A DNA stretch of 64,000 nucleotides from Macrostomum lignano (lineage: Eukaryota), in the NCBI GenBank assembly GCA_002269645.1, contig NIVC01001036.1, forward strand, positions 1 to 64,000, written 5' to 3'. Of this stretch, positions 1 through 12,595 are shown piece by piece; within the stretch, counting starts at the first letter, position 1, and every line of letters starts with the position of its first letter. The notes under the pieces were generated by a model. The model did no database searches. It worked only from the letters and a program-made list of their open reading frames with translations, and was not told the DNA's origin. A program made the translations under genes and the position numbers.

Positions 1-575
1 ATACCTCTGAGACTCTCATCTCTGACACTCTCACCTCTGACACTCTCACTCTGACACTCTCACCACATCTGACACTCTCACCTCTGACACTCACCACATC
101 TGACACTCTCACCTCTGACACTCTCACCACATCTGACATTCTCACCTCTGACACTCTCACCACCTCTGACACTCTCACCTCTGACACTCTCACCTCTGAC
201 ACTCTCACCACATCTGACACTCTCACCACATCTGACACTCTCACCTCTGACACTCTCACCTCTGACACTCTCACCACATCTGACACTCTCACCACATCTG
301 ACACTCTCACCTCTGACACTCTCACCTCTGACACTCTCACCACCTCTGACACTCTCACCACATCTGACACTCTCACCACATCTGACACTCTCACCTCTGA
401 CACTCTCACCACATCTGACACTCTCACCTCTGACACTCTCACCTCTGACACTCTCACCACCTCTGACACTCTCACCACATCTGACCCTCTCACCTCTGAC
501 ACTCTCACATCTGACACTCTCACCTGACACTCTCACCTCTGACACTCTCACCTGTGACACTCTCCCTCTGACACA
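1..575. repeat. Minisatellite, 15-bp core CACCTCTGACACTCT with 18-bp variants
   Basis: Tandem units read directly; source of the spurious ORF 78..560; probably inside the intron upstream of the SGPL1-like exon. Confidence 0.95.
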
Positions 576-741
576 TTCTCACTCTCACTGTAAACTCCCT
601 ATATTTTCGAGCTCTCCTAATTTTTTAATTGGCCTCATCAAATAGATTCTTTTAAATATCTAATGTTGACTTCTAGATACTACTAACTAGCAGAATTTCA
701 GTAGCAAGCAGGACATTTTCCTCGCTAAAAACTCACCGCAG

Positions 742-858
742 ACGGAGAAAATCAAGCCCAAGGGCATGGCCGCTGTGTACGGCATGGTGGCCCGGGTGCC
801 GGCCAAGGAGCTCATTGACGAGTTCCTGCTGGAGTTCTTCAATCAGATCTACTCATAA
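742..858 (+). CDS. SGPL1: Terminal coding exon of a sphingosine-1-phosphate lyase-like gene (5' exons outside the window)
   Basis: Acceptor CCGCAG at 736-741, then TEKIKPKGMAAVYGMVARVPAKELIDEFLLEFFNQIYS-stop. This matches the remembered SPL C-terminus pattern (GM(G/A)AIYGMA...F.D.LYS). GC3-rich codons; AATAAA at about 953. Not in the ORF track. Confidence 0.75.
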   Translation, partial: TEKIKPKGMAAVYGMVARVPAKELIDEFLLEFFNQIYS

Positions 859-1152
859 ACTGCCGACTCCCGTCAGTAACAACCAAATGTAGCTAGTTAG
901 TGTCAATTCTATTCAATCACCTGATCTGCTCGCTTCAATGATTACTAAATCAAATAAAAAATCAATCTAATTCGACAACCAACTCAACTGAGAATAATTT
1001 CACTTGTCGAATGGCGTGTCTTACCTTTGTGACAGGGACGTACAGGGACGTCTGGAGAACCCTGGACTGGAAACGGCCAACGTTTTTAACGTTCGGCCTT
1101 TCCTTCGCTTTTCTATTAATCTTACTAGTGCTTGTGTTAGTAACAAACAAAT

Positions 1153-1615
<463 letters not shown>

Positions 1616-1775
1616 GCTAGGCACCCAGTTTTTGGCTTTAGATTACCGGCTAGCAACCAGTCCAGAGGAGCTTCCAGAGATCCATGCTTCAATCCAGCAC
1701 CCCTAGACCCAACCTGTAGCCTCAGCTGCAGGTTCACTGCTCAACTCACAAAGATTATGCTCCTATCGTCATCCA

Positions 1776-2525
1776 TCAGGGCAGGCAATGAAATGGCCTG
1801 TCGGGATTCTCATTTTGCTGCTCCCATGCACCCAGCCACCTCGCCTCCCGGATCCCCTGCTTGATTCCGCTCGGTTGCGGATTATCAAGCCAGGTGCGCT
1901 CGCCCGCTCGCTTCTCCTTGAGCTCGGCGGCCTCATCAATCAGACCCGATCTGTAAGACAGTTGAGGATAGAAGATCTCGGCCAGAAGAAGTCAGTCAGG
2001 CCAGTCAGGGGGAGAAGAAGATATAAAAGACGCTTGGAGCGAGCTTGTTCCGCTGCAAGCATCTCAGCAGCTTCTATCCTCTTCTCCGCTAGCTAAACCC
2101 CGTCTTTCCTGCCTGCAAGCGGGGAGCTGGGCTCATATTTAGGATAGAGCCGACAAGAGGGTAGCGGGCCGCCCGCTGCCTGCGGGGGAGCATTGGTGAT
2201 TTATGGGAAAGTGAGAAAATGGGATCTACATAAGGGGGGTTGGTGGCAGCTGCTCATCGCTTGCCCTTGGCTGTTTCCTCTGGCAGGAGAAGCTTGGCTG
2301 AGGCGGGGGGGGCAAAGTTAATAAACAATTCCGAGTGGAGCAGGGCTTGTGTGGGGGCAGATGAGGACAGACCACCCAATGTTGCGGCAATGATGAGGTG
2401 AGCAGAAGTGTTGAGTACAGGCTGGTGAAGTTGCTGAGTGGAAATCGATGCACGTTATCTGGTCGAAAGTGGTCGAAATATACTTTTCCCATGATGATAA
2501 ACTGTTTCATATGGCGGAGCAATGC
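1776..2525 (-). other. Possible coding remnant or exons of an unidentified gene
   Basis: Protein-like open segments at 2525-2365 (ALLRHMKQFIIMGKVYFDHFRPDN...) and 2092-1776 (LAEKRIEAAEML...TDR/GLIDEAAELKEKR...FHCLP-stop). The second needs either an acceptor at 1951 or one extra G at the 1945-1947 run. No family recognised. Confidence 0.25.
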
Positions 2526-2588
2526 CTGATATAAATTATTCAGAACAGTAAAATTAGATAGGCCAGTTGGTGGTTACGAAATTGCTCA

Positions 2589-3130
2589 GACGATTGATGA
2601 ATGTTTCAGATGTTTGATGAATGCTTCAGATGATTGATGAATGTTTCAGATGATTGATAAATGTTTCAGGTGATTGATTAATGTTTCAGGTGATTGATGA
2701 ACGCTTCAGATGATTGATGAATGTTTCAGATGATTGATGACTGTTTCAGATGATTGATTAATGTTTCAGATGATTGATGAATGCTTCAGATGATTGATGA
2801 CTGTTTCAGATGATTAATAAATGTTTCAGGTGATTGATGAATGCTTCAGATGATTGATAAATGTTTCAGATGATTAATAAATGTTTCAGGTGATTGATGA
2901 ATGCTTCAGATGATTGATAAATGTTTCAGATGGTTAATAAATGTTTCAGGTGATTGATGAATGCTTCAGATGATTGATAAATGTTTCAGATGATTAATAA
3001 ATGTTTCAGATAATTGATGAATGCTTCAGATGATTGATTAATGTTTCAGATGATTGATGACTGTTTCAGGTGATTGATGAATGTTTCAGATGATTAATAA
3101 ATGTTTCAGGTGATTGATGAATGTTTCAGG
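2589..3130. repeat. 20-bp minisatellite TGATTGATGAATGTTTCAGA
   Basis: About 27 degenerate tandem units. Confidence 0.95.
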
Positions 3131-3159
3131 TGGCTGTTGTGTGTTTGAGATGATTGGTG

Positions 3160-3517
3160 AATGCTTCAGGTTATTGGCAAATGCTTCAGGTTATTGGCAA
3201 ATGCTTCAGGTTATTGGCAAATGCTTCAGTCAGGATATTGGCAAATGCTTCAGGTTATTGGCAAATGCTTCAGTCAGGATATTGGCAAATGCTTCAGGTT
3301 ATTGGCAAATGCTTCAGGTTATTGGCAAATGCTTCAGGTTATTGGCAAATGCTTCAGGTTATTGGCAAATGCTTCAGGTTATTAGCAAATGCTTCAGGTT
3401 ATTGGCAAATGCTTCAGGTTATTGGCAAATGCTTCAGGTTATTGGCAAATGCTTCAGGTTATTGGCAAATGCTTCAGGTTATTGGCAAATGCTTCAGGTT
3501 ATTGGCAAATGCTTCAG
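3160..3517. repeat. 20-bp minisatellite TTATTGGCAAATGCTTCAGG
   Basis: Tandem units; related to the adjacent 2589-3130 unit. Confidence 0.95.
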
Positions 3518-4239
3518 ATTGGTGTCACAGTCGTTTCCATACTAAAATTTCACAGGTCATATAAGTAAATAACTCTTTGCCTAACGGTGAGTTCACGGTT
3601 TAGTTTTGCACATTCGTCAGCAGTGAAGAAGTTGTACAGAGAAAAAATGCAGCATAGAAGTCATTCCATTGAATTAGAGGAAAGAATTCCTATTCTCTAA
3701 CTTTCCCACTGTCGCGGAAACTGGGAGGCGGGGAGCAGTTGAGGCCGTATATTGTGGGCATGTGTGAGGGGAAACAGAGAGAATAAGGTGAATTTTATTG
3801 ACACAGAACTTGGACCCGCCAGCTTGCATTTCTAATTGTTGGTCTAAATGACGGAAATTCACACCAAAGCGAACAAAGACTTGCTAAGGCATTTCCCAAA
3901 CCACTATTTTGTCATTAGGCAAGCATTAGATCTCTACAAAGATTCAAAGATTCCCATGGTTGGCAACTGGCCTAATCAGTCCATGATCAAATGCGATCAA
4001 GTCTTTATTGTCCCATCTGGCGCGTGACCTGACCTCGGACAGCCAACGGCCCAGCTGGGGGGGGCTCTTTGGCGTGACCTTCTTTGTAATTTTGACGTTT
4101 CTACAAAGCAAAACTGACTGGGGTTGGAGTTTGCCCAAGGAGATTATTTTAAAGCAAAATCTGGAGTGACGAAATCTTTAAAGCTTGTTTTTTATCTATT
4201 TTTACGACTTATGAGTGGTTAAACTGATCAGAGAGGGCC

Positions 4240-5080
4240 AGGGCCAAAATGAAAGCCAGGGGTGCCAAAATGAGAGCCAAGGCGCCAAAATGAGAGCCAA
4301 GGCGCCAAAATGAGAGCCAAGGCGCCATAATGAGAGCCAGGGCCCCAAAATGAGAGCCAAGGCGCCAAAATGAGAGCCAGGGCCCCAAAATGAGAGCTAT
4401 TGCCCCAAAATGAGAGCCAAGGCGCCCAAAATGAGAGCCAAGGCCCCAAAATGAGAGTTAAGGCGCCAAAATGAGAGCCAAGGCGCCAAAATGAGAGCCA
4501 AGGCACCAAAATGAGAGCCAGGGCGCCAAAATGAGAGCCAGGGCGCCAAAATGAGAGCCAGGGCGCCAAAATGAGAGCCAAGGCGCCAAAATGAGAGCCA
4601 GGGCGCCAAAATGAGGGCCAGGGCGCCAAAATGAGAGCCAGGGCGCCAAAATGAGAGCCAAGGCCCCAAAATGAAAGCCAGGGCGCCAAAATGAAAGCCA
4701 GGGCCCCAAAATGAAAGCCAGGGCCCCAAAATGAAAGCCAGGGTGCCAAAATGAGAGCCAAGGCCCCAAAATGAGAGCCAAGGCGCCAAATAAGAGCCAA
4801 GGCCCCAAAATGAAAGCCAGGGCCCCAAAATGAGAGTTAAGGCGCCAAAATGAGAGCCAAGGCCCCAAAATGAGAGCCAAGGCGCCAAAATAAGAGCCAA
4901 GGCCCCAAAATGAAAGCCAGGGCCCCAAAATGAGAGTTAAGGCGCCAAAATGAGAGCCAAGGCGCCAAAATGAGAGTCAGGGTGCCAAAATGAGAGCCAC
5001 GGTGCCAAAATGAAAGCCAGGACGCTAAAATGAGAACCAGAGATGCCAAAATGAGAGTCAGGGATATGCCAAAATGAAAG
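4240..5080. repeat. 20-bp minisatellite GGCGCCAAAATGAGAGCCAA
   Basis: About 40 units; source of ORFs 4228..5049. Confidence 0.95.
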
Positions 5081-5418
5081 CCTTCCTGAGCCTAACACTG
5101 AGACCCCAGATTAGCCAGTCCAAACTCTACTTTAAGGCCTCCTTGGCCTGAATAAGCTTGTCAGCTACAAACTGCAGCATCGGCCCACCTGCTGTGCAAA
5201 GTTTAAAAGCCAGTCAACAGCGGTGTATAACAAACAATTCTGACGGGTTTTAACCGCACGGTTTTTGTTAACAAAGAGCCGTCACCAACTTTAAAGCAAA
5301 GTTTTGTGAAAAAAATTGGTCTACACTCTGTAAATGATTTTTCAGCATTTTTTCGAGTTTTCTACGAAATGAAAGATCTGGTTTGTCGGGTTTCCTAGTT
5401 TATGAAGTGAGACATTGT

Positions 5419-5700
5419 CAGGGGTAGGCAAACTACGGCCCGCGAGTCAACATGCAGCCCTCAAAACCTCTCTATACGGCCCCATCGGGTCCTTTGAAAC
5501 TTCACAATGTCAATCCAGCCCGCTCAAGATTTGTCTCTTCTCAGCTCTGTTCGATCTCTAATCTCCTCTCTTTTTTCTTCTCTCCTCTCATCTCCTTTCC
5601 TCTCCTCCCTTCTTGTCTCCCTCCTCTCCTCTCTAATCGTAAGGCATGTACACTGTCTGTGCCTTGGAAACTGGTCCTAATTCATGGCTGTGAATCACGC
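5419..5700 (+). mobile_element. hAT (Charlie-like) non-autonomous element, left-end fragment
   Basis: Begins CAGGGGTAGGCAAACTACGGCCCGCG, typical of Charlie/MER5-type termini. The next ~100 bp match 27515-27646 (-), and 5633-5700 matches 41957-42022. No right TIR found. Confidence 0.6.
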
Positions 5701-7011
5701 TGCCCGCTAAGCTACTAGCATGGCAAAGGATTTTGGTGCCGCTAAAACTATCAAAGCCGGAGCTGCAAAGACACGAGACTCCGTCATGCGTGACTTGACC
5801 CACCCACCCCTTCCCATCACCTTCATCCCTTCAGCTTCGAAATCAATTTCCCCATAGCGCGGAAGCCTGTGCGGGGCAACTCCGGCATCCTCCAGTTTCT
5901 TCCTGACACTCAAAAAGCAGAATGCTTCGATGCTTCAAGTGGAGTTAGGACTGAGTGGGAGATCTGCTCAAGTTGAGGCGAAGAGAGGCTGTTTTGGGGG
6001 GGGGCCTGAGCAGTCAGCCGAGTTGAGACCCGAGAGAGTCAGCCCAGCACAACACGCCACAAACAACAGCAGCGGCGACCTTCTCCATATGCCGCCGTGC
6101 TTCACTCGCTCGCTCTCACTTTTGCCTTGAAGAACTGAGAAAAGATGAAGGGTGAAATGGATGGAGGAGATATGGCTCTAGCGGGATCATAAACCAGCCA
6201 TCATCCCGGCCCCTCCTTCCCCGCCTCCCCAGAGTCCCTAACGCCTCGCAGCTTCTTCTCCTTGCTTTGCCTGGTTCAGCCTCTTCCGCTTGCCTGCTTA
6301 AACTTAGTTTACAGGCAACTCAGACCCGTGTCGTGAGGAGGAGATGGATGAGCTCCACCCTCGGGCCTATAGTGAACTTCTTTTATCCAGTTTCCTTCAT
6401 CCGACTTCATTCAAAGCAGATGTCCGCCGATGCGTGCTGTTGGCCAGCCGGCCCAAGCTTTCAGTGTTTTAGTTGTGGGGCATCAATTTTTTATGAGAAA
6501 CCAGCAATAAAATGTCGATGGCCAGAGCAGACGCAGATGGTGGCAAGATCAAGTGAAGAAATTGAAAAGCAGAGTCTGCAGCCAACTGGGCGGCAGATTG
6601 TGGATTAAGCGGCAGCTCAAGTCTGCGCTCGGCGGCAAGTTTGTGGGGAAAACCTGTTACGATCGCGAATTAATCCCATTTCCCCAATCGCCTTAATTTC
6701 CTCGCATAGATATAACTAGATTTTCCATATCTAAATCTTTCCATTCCTGGAAATCTAATGCTCAGAATGCGTCAGAAATGAGGAGGGCGAGGGGATATTT
6801 TTGGCGGTGACATTTCCAGCTCTTCCCAATTATCGCTGAACTGTCTGTTGGGACTGTGGAGAGAGGATGGGACGGATTCGTATCTGATAGTGAGAGACGG
6901 CCCGGTCCCCCGGTCATGGAGTTCCTAGATCAGCAATCCAGAGTGGAAACTCTCGGCCCAGAACTCTCATTAGTATATTTTTCTAACACAAGATGCGGAT
7001 GTTACAGAAGC

Positions 7012-7360
7012 GGGGGCCGTAGTGCAGTGATCTGGAGCGGCGCTCTGATGTGCCAGCGGCCCAGGCTCGATTCCAAGTGCAGTCGCATTAATTTTTGGGG
7101 CTAAATTGGAATCTCGGCTTGGCTCTGCTCGTGCAATTAACGGCCTTGACGGCTAACCCCAAGGCACAGTGAAGTGTACATGCCTAACGATAAATAAAGT
7201 TAGGGCCGCTGTACACTCCTATGTGAGTGAGTGCCTGTGCGTATGACTGCGTACGTATCCGCGCGCTTGTGTGCCTGCTCAGGGGAGTCGGCGGAATGGG
7301 CAGTAATGCCTCTCGCCGGTTGTGTGACAATGTCGCTTAAAGTGCGCCAGGGTTGCACAC
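7012..7360 (+). mobile_element. tRNA-derived SINE, family A, copy 1
   Basis: A-box-like TAGTGCAGTGA and B-box-like GGCTCGATTCC; body highly similar to 23753-24080. Confidence 0.8.
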
Positions 7361-7381
7361 AGCCTCCTCTCTAATGAAGAA

Positions 7382-7530
7382 ATGCTACCGAAGCAGATAC
7401 GAACAGTGTTAGGTCGTCGGCGACTCCAGCTGCCGGGACACTTCATCAGCGCCGAGTCGCACAGCCCACAACCGGTGCAGGAGGCGCTGCTGCTGACGCT
7501 GACAGACGCGCACTCGGCGTCTCATCGGAT
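7382..7530 (+). mobile_element. Decayed non-LTR retrotransposon ORF2 C-terminal fragment
   Basis: RRRLQLPGHFISAESHSPQPVQEALLLTL resembles the RRL..AGH..R motif at the end of RTE-like LINE ORF2 proteins (from memory). Confidence 0.45.
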
Positions 7531-8236
7531 TTGGACGGCGGAGCGGCTTACATTCGCGCTCAGGTCCCTGAGTCGGTTTCCAATCCAGATGAGCCTATTT
7601 TTAGAGCTCCCCGGCACCAAACTGAAGCGGGTCGCAGCTGCTGTCACTTATCCTTGTTTTTGATGCGCCTCGATCACAGCATCTCCTCCCATCTCAATCG
7701 AACGGGTCCGGCTATAACAGCCAGCTAGCCCTACTCACACTTGAGCAGCTTGTGTGCCATTTACACCCATGGACCGCGAGCACTTCAAAACCAGACGATG
7801 TAGAGACTGCTCTTCTTCCGCGAGAGAAGCGGCGTGAGAGGTGACGCAACCTCCGGGAGCACAGGACCCGCAGGCCCCAGCTGTCACAGAGGGTAAACAC
7901 ACTCTGCAGAACCGATAGGGGCAAAGCTGCATGGAGAGGCTGTGAAAAACAAATACACAGCCTGGTAACCATCGGGTATTAGCAACTCTCTGCCGCTTTT
8001 CGCCTCACTTTTTGTTTGTTTTCTTCTTCTTTGGAACTAAATTTGTCAGGCATCAACTATGGAAGAAACACGTGCGCCTCTCTCAAGTGACGGCATCGGC
8101 TCCCCCTGTAGAGTTTCGGTGTAAACTAATAATGGGGTTGGATGAAATTAATAGCAGCTACAAATGGGAACTGTGTCTTTGTCGCCTCTTTCTAGCAAGT
8201 CCGAGGTCTTTGTCTATGAGACTTATTGGGGTGGGT

Positions 8237-8493
8237 TTCACAAACGCGAAATTTCACAACCGCTAAAATCACTTGCTTTCATGAAGGTGAAACTTCACAA
8301 ACGCGAAACTTCACAACCGCTAATTTTTTTGCAGTCACTTTTACAAACGCGAAACTTCACAACCGCGAAACTTCACAACCGCTAAAATTTTTGCACTTAC
8401 TTTCATATACAAGTCTTTTTAGTGGTTATGAAGTTTCGCGGTTGTGAAAGTAGATGACATTTAGCGGTTGTGAAGTTTCGCGGTTGTGAAAGC
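8237..8493. repeat. Fold-back cluster of ACAAACGCGAAACTTCACAACCGCTAA units
   Basis: Direct copies at 8237-8388 followed by reverse-complement copies (TTAGCGGTTGTGAAGTTTCGCGG) at 8428-8493. Confidence 0.85.
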
Positions 8494-9194
8494 AACCCAT
8501 GCAATTATCAATGCATATCGGCCTAATGCCTGCATGTACCCAGCGAGACACGGAAGCGACTCCCTTTAAAAAGGCCAGTTCCTTTCCAAGAAACAACTTG
8601 GCGAGATAGGCGGAGAAACCCTTACTGTCTGCACAAAATTTTCGATAATTTCGGTATAGCAAAACCGATTTTAACAAACTTGGTCTCGTTTTAAAGCTGA
8701 ATAAATTCTTTTACAACTGGCACGAGTTTCACAAAAAAATCACTAAAATATTTATTCGGCAGGAAATTTCAAAGACCCGATTTTTTCGACTAACATCTTC
8801 CAAACTAGAAATTTTTTGAAGATTTCAAACGGTCGAACGGTTGGTTCATTAAAACAAGGCAGGAGAGCCAAACTGGGGGGGACTGAATTTTAACAGACTG
8901 AGTTGTCTGCTCTAATTTGGTGAAGGAGGAGGCTCAATAGGACCCTCGGACCTCTCTTAACCTAGAACCTTAACAGCATAGGACACTTGAGTATTAGCGA
9001 TCCTGGCCTGTAGTGGCGACAGTAATGATGCTACAGCAAGCCTTCCTAGTCCCCTCGGGTTGCGTCACCCCCGTGAGGGAAGGAAGGCTGGAAGAGATTC
9101 TCTGTGCCAAATTTGATAAGAACCACCGCTGCATATGAATGAATTTTACATGTTCGGCAGGTTATTTGTGAGGCCTGCATGTTTGTTTGACACT

Positions 9195-9512
9195 CATTGC
9201 ACCAATTTGGATACAAATTGCACCAAAATTTGCAATTAATTTAGGCACAAATTTTAGTATATAGGATTGCACCAATTTAGATACTTGATGCACCAATTTA
9301 GATACTCATTGCACCAATTTCGATACTCATTGCACCAATTTAGATACTAATTGCACCAATTTAGATACTAACTGCACCAATTTAGATACTAACTGCACCA
9401 ATTTAGATACTAACTGCACCAATTTAGATACTAACTGCACCAATTTAGATACTAACTGCACCAATTTAGATACTTGATGCACCAATTTAGTCACTAATTG
9501 CACCAATTTAGA
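9195..9512. repeat. 21-bp minisatellite GCACCAATTTAGATACTAACT
   Basis: Tandem units, more degenerate at the left end. Confidence 0.9.
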
Positions 9513-10975
9513 CACGTTAGTTTCAAAGCATTATTAATGTGTCATTTACAATTCGCCCATATTTGCATCGGGTTAAAAAACCGACATTTTTATCCCGCCT
9601 GTCAATCCAAGCCAAGTGACGCGAGGTGCTGCATCGCTATAAGTTAGAAAAAAGCTATCAGTGACAATGAACTCACGGACGGCAAACATGGCCTGCTCCC
9701 AACCCTCAGTTGATATAAATATAACCCTGTTTGCTCAAATATTAGTCAGTTGATGGCGTGAGTTGAGAGGAGGCTGCATTTAGCTCTCCCAAATCCTATT
9801 CTATCATTAATCTGTAGGTAACTCCACGCAGGCGGGGGCACATTGTTACCTAATACTAAGTATTTAAACCGATATGGTCATTCGCACAGCTCTCCAAATC
9901 GATGCACCAGCTTCTATCAAATTCATAATCGATATATGAGAGGAGACGACTCAAAAAGAGACCCATGAAAACCAGCATCATTTCGCCCCCCCCCCCCTCG
10001 GGGTGCGTGTGTCAGCCCGCTTCTCAGCAGAACAAACGGTTTCATATTGAGATCCATACAGAAATTTCTCACACATTTCTAACAAACTTCAACCTCTGAA
10101 CCTTCCCACCCCGGCGTGACAGCTGACGTAACAGCGATTCGGATACAAAATTATGAAGTGCCAAGGCCGCATATGAGTCGCATCAAGCCCGTGTCAAACT
10201 TTGTCAAGACCGTCATCATTCGCAATGATTGACACTAGCAGCTATTCAAGTTGCTGTTGGTAAGGTGAAAATGAGGTTAGGTAATATAGCTTCTTCGCAC
10301 CTTTCTCTCTCCCTATACCGACAATTAAAACTAGCCCGGCTCATAAGAGCTGTCGCTCTTCCTCGGGCCAGTGAGGAGTTTTGGCAATAGAAAACTCACT
10401 ACTGTATATGGAACGACATAGACATTTTGTTCTCCCATTTTCTTTTTCTTGAGACCGCGGTGGCTTCTAAAGAGGGATTTGGAAGGTAATATAAGAATTA
10501 AAAGGAAGCGGTGGAACTTCCGCGGAGCCTAATTCACTTTCGCTATTCTGTGTGTGGGCCCCTCCCCTCTCCCGTCCCAAACCTCACTCTAAACTGCAGC
10601 TGCAACCTTGGGCAGAGTCTCTCCGCTCCAGTCGACTTGGCAAGGAGGCGGTTTTCAGTTACGTAACTTCATAATACAACAGACTGTCGCTGACTGCTGA
10701 CTATTGAGCAACTATTCTCTTAGAGATCGGCGCTGAGCTGCGTCTCTGTGCGGCCGAGAGCGAATAAATGCAGCCCGTCCGTGACGCTTGATAAGCGCTG
10801 AGTGGATGAACCTGAGCCAGCAGTCCATAACAGGTGCTTCCTGACCGAGCCCCGAGTGCGCGAACTCGCTGCGTTTTGTTCAGCTGAAAATTCATTTATT
10901 AGCTTTTATTGACTCTTTCTGAGCATGCCGGGCGGCCGTTTCTGCTCGGTGGTTGCTGATGGACTCGATTGCTAC

Positions 10976-12120
10976 ATTCTCAATCTCTATGCATCCTCAA
11001 TCTCTATGCATCCTCAATCTCTATGCATCCTCAATCTCTGTGCATCCTCGATCTCTGTGCATCCTCAATCTCTATGCATCCTCAATCTCTATGCATCCTC
11101 AATCTCTGTGCATCCTCAATCTCTGTGCATCCTCAATCTCTCTATGCATCCTCAATCTCTGTGCATCCTCAATCTCTCTATGCATCCTCAATCTCTATGC
11201 ATCCTCAATCTCTCTATGCATCCACAATCTCTGTGCATCCTCAATCTCTCTATGCATCCTCAATCTCTGTGCATCCTCAATCTCTCTATGCATCCTCAAT
11301 CTCTGTGCATCCTCAATCTCTCTATGCATCCTCAATCTCTCTATGCATCCTCAATCTCTATGCATCCTCAATCTCTGTGCATCCTCAATCTCTCTATGCA
11401 TCCTCAATCTCTGTGCATCCTCAATCTCTCTATGCATCCTCAATCTCTGTGCATCCTCAATCTCTGTGCATCCTCAATCTCTATGCATCCTCAATCTCTG
11501 TGCATCCTCAATCTCTATGCATCCTCAATCTCTGTGCATCCTCAATCTCTGTGCATCCTCAATCTCTGTGCATCCTCAATCTCTGTGCATCCTCAATCTC
11601 TGTGCATCCTCAATCTCTATGCATCCTCAATCTCTATGCATCCTCAATATCTATGCATCCTCAATCTCTATGCATCCTCAATATCTACACCCTCAATGTC
11701 TACATCCTTAATATCTACATATTCAATATCTACATCTTCAATATTTACATCCTCAATATCTGAATCCTCAATATCTACATCCTCAACATCTACATCCTCA
11801 ATATCTACACCCTCAATATCTAAATCCTCAATATCTACATCCTCAAAATCTACATCCTTAGTATCTACACACCCTCAATATCTAAATCCTCAATATCTAC
11901 ACCCTCAATATCTAAATCCTCAATATCTACAACCTCAATATTTACATCCTTAATATCTACATCCTCAATATCTACATCTTCAATATCTACATCCTCAATA
12001 TCTACGAGCACAACCTCAAAATATCTACAACCTCAATATCTACATCCTCAAAATATCTACAACCTCAATATCTACATCCTCAAAATATCTACAACCTCAA
12101 TATCTACATCCTCAATCTCA
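10976..12120. repeat. 17/19-bp minisatellite CATCCTCAATCTCT(A/G)TG grading into a 15-bp CATCCTCAATATCTA unit
   Basis: Tandem units; source of ORFs 10925..11953. Confidence 0.95.
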
Positions 12121-12405
12121 ATGTATATCCAAACCCTCCATCTATAATTCCTACATTTGTGTATCCAGTCCAAGTCTTCTAATCCAATTCCTCATGCTTT
12201 CATTCTATAAATGGTTCAAAAATCGTTGCATTATTTAATTTTCGCGACTTTAGACAATTCAAGCGCTTTACAACATCAACAGTAAATTGTTTGTTCATAG
12301 AATGGCGCAATCACTTGTCTCTTAAATATGTGCATTTTGCCGACACATTCGTCCAATTTGAGCACTGACAAATAGACAGAAAAATGGCCAATCTCTTCCC
12401 CATCA

Positions 12406-12595
12406 ATGCGTCCCTATTGCAGCCAACTGTGCAGCTTCCCTTATCAAATTTGGCCTCAGCATCATCATCATCATTATTATCATAATCATCAAATTCCTGG
12501 ACCCGGCTTCCCGGTTGGTCAGTCAGTCAGCTCATACCTGGCTGAACAGGGCGGCGGCTTGCAGGATTCCGGCAAAGCTGCCGAGAGTAAAATAG
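12406..12595 (+). CDS. Possible orphan first exon, His-rich
   Basis: ATG-MRPYCSQLCSFPYQIWPQHHHHHYYHNHQIPG...ESKI-G followed by a good donor GTGAGC at 12596. No compatible downstream exon identified. Confidence 0.2.
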
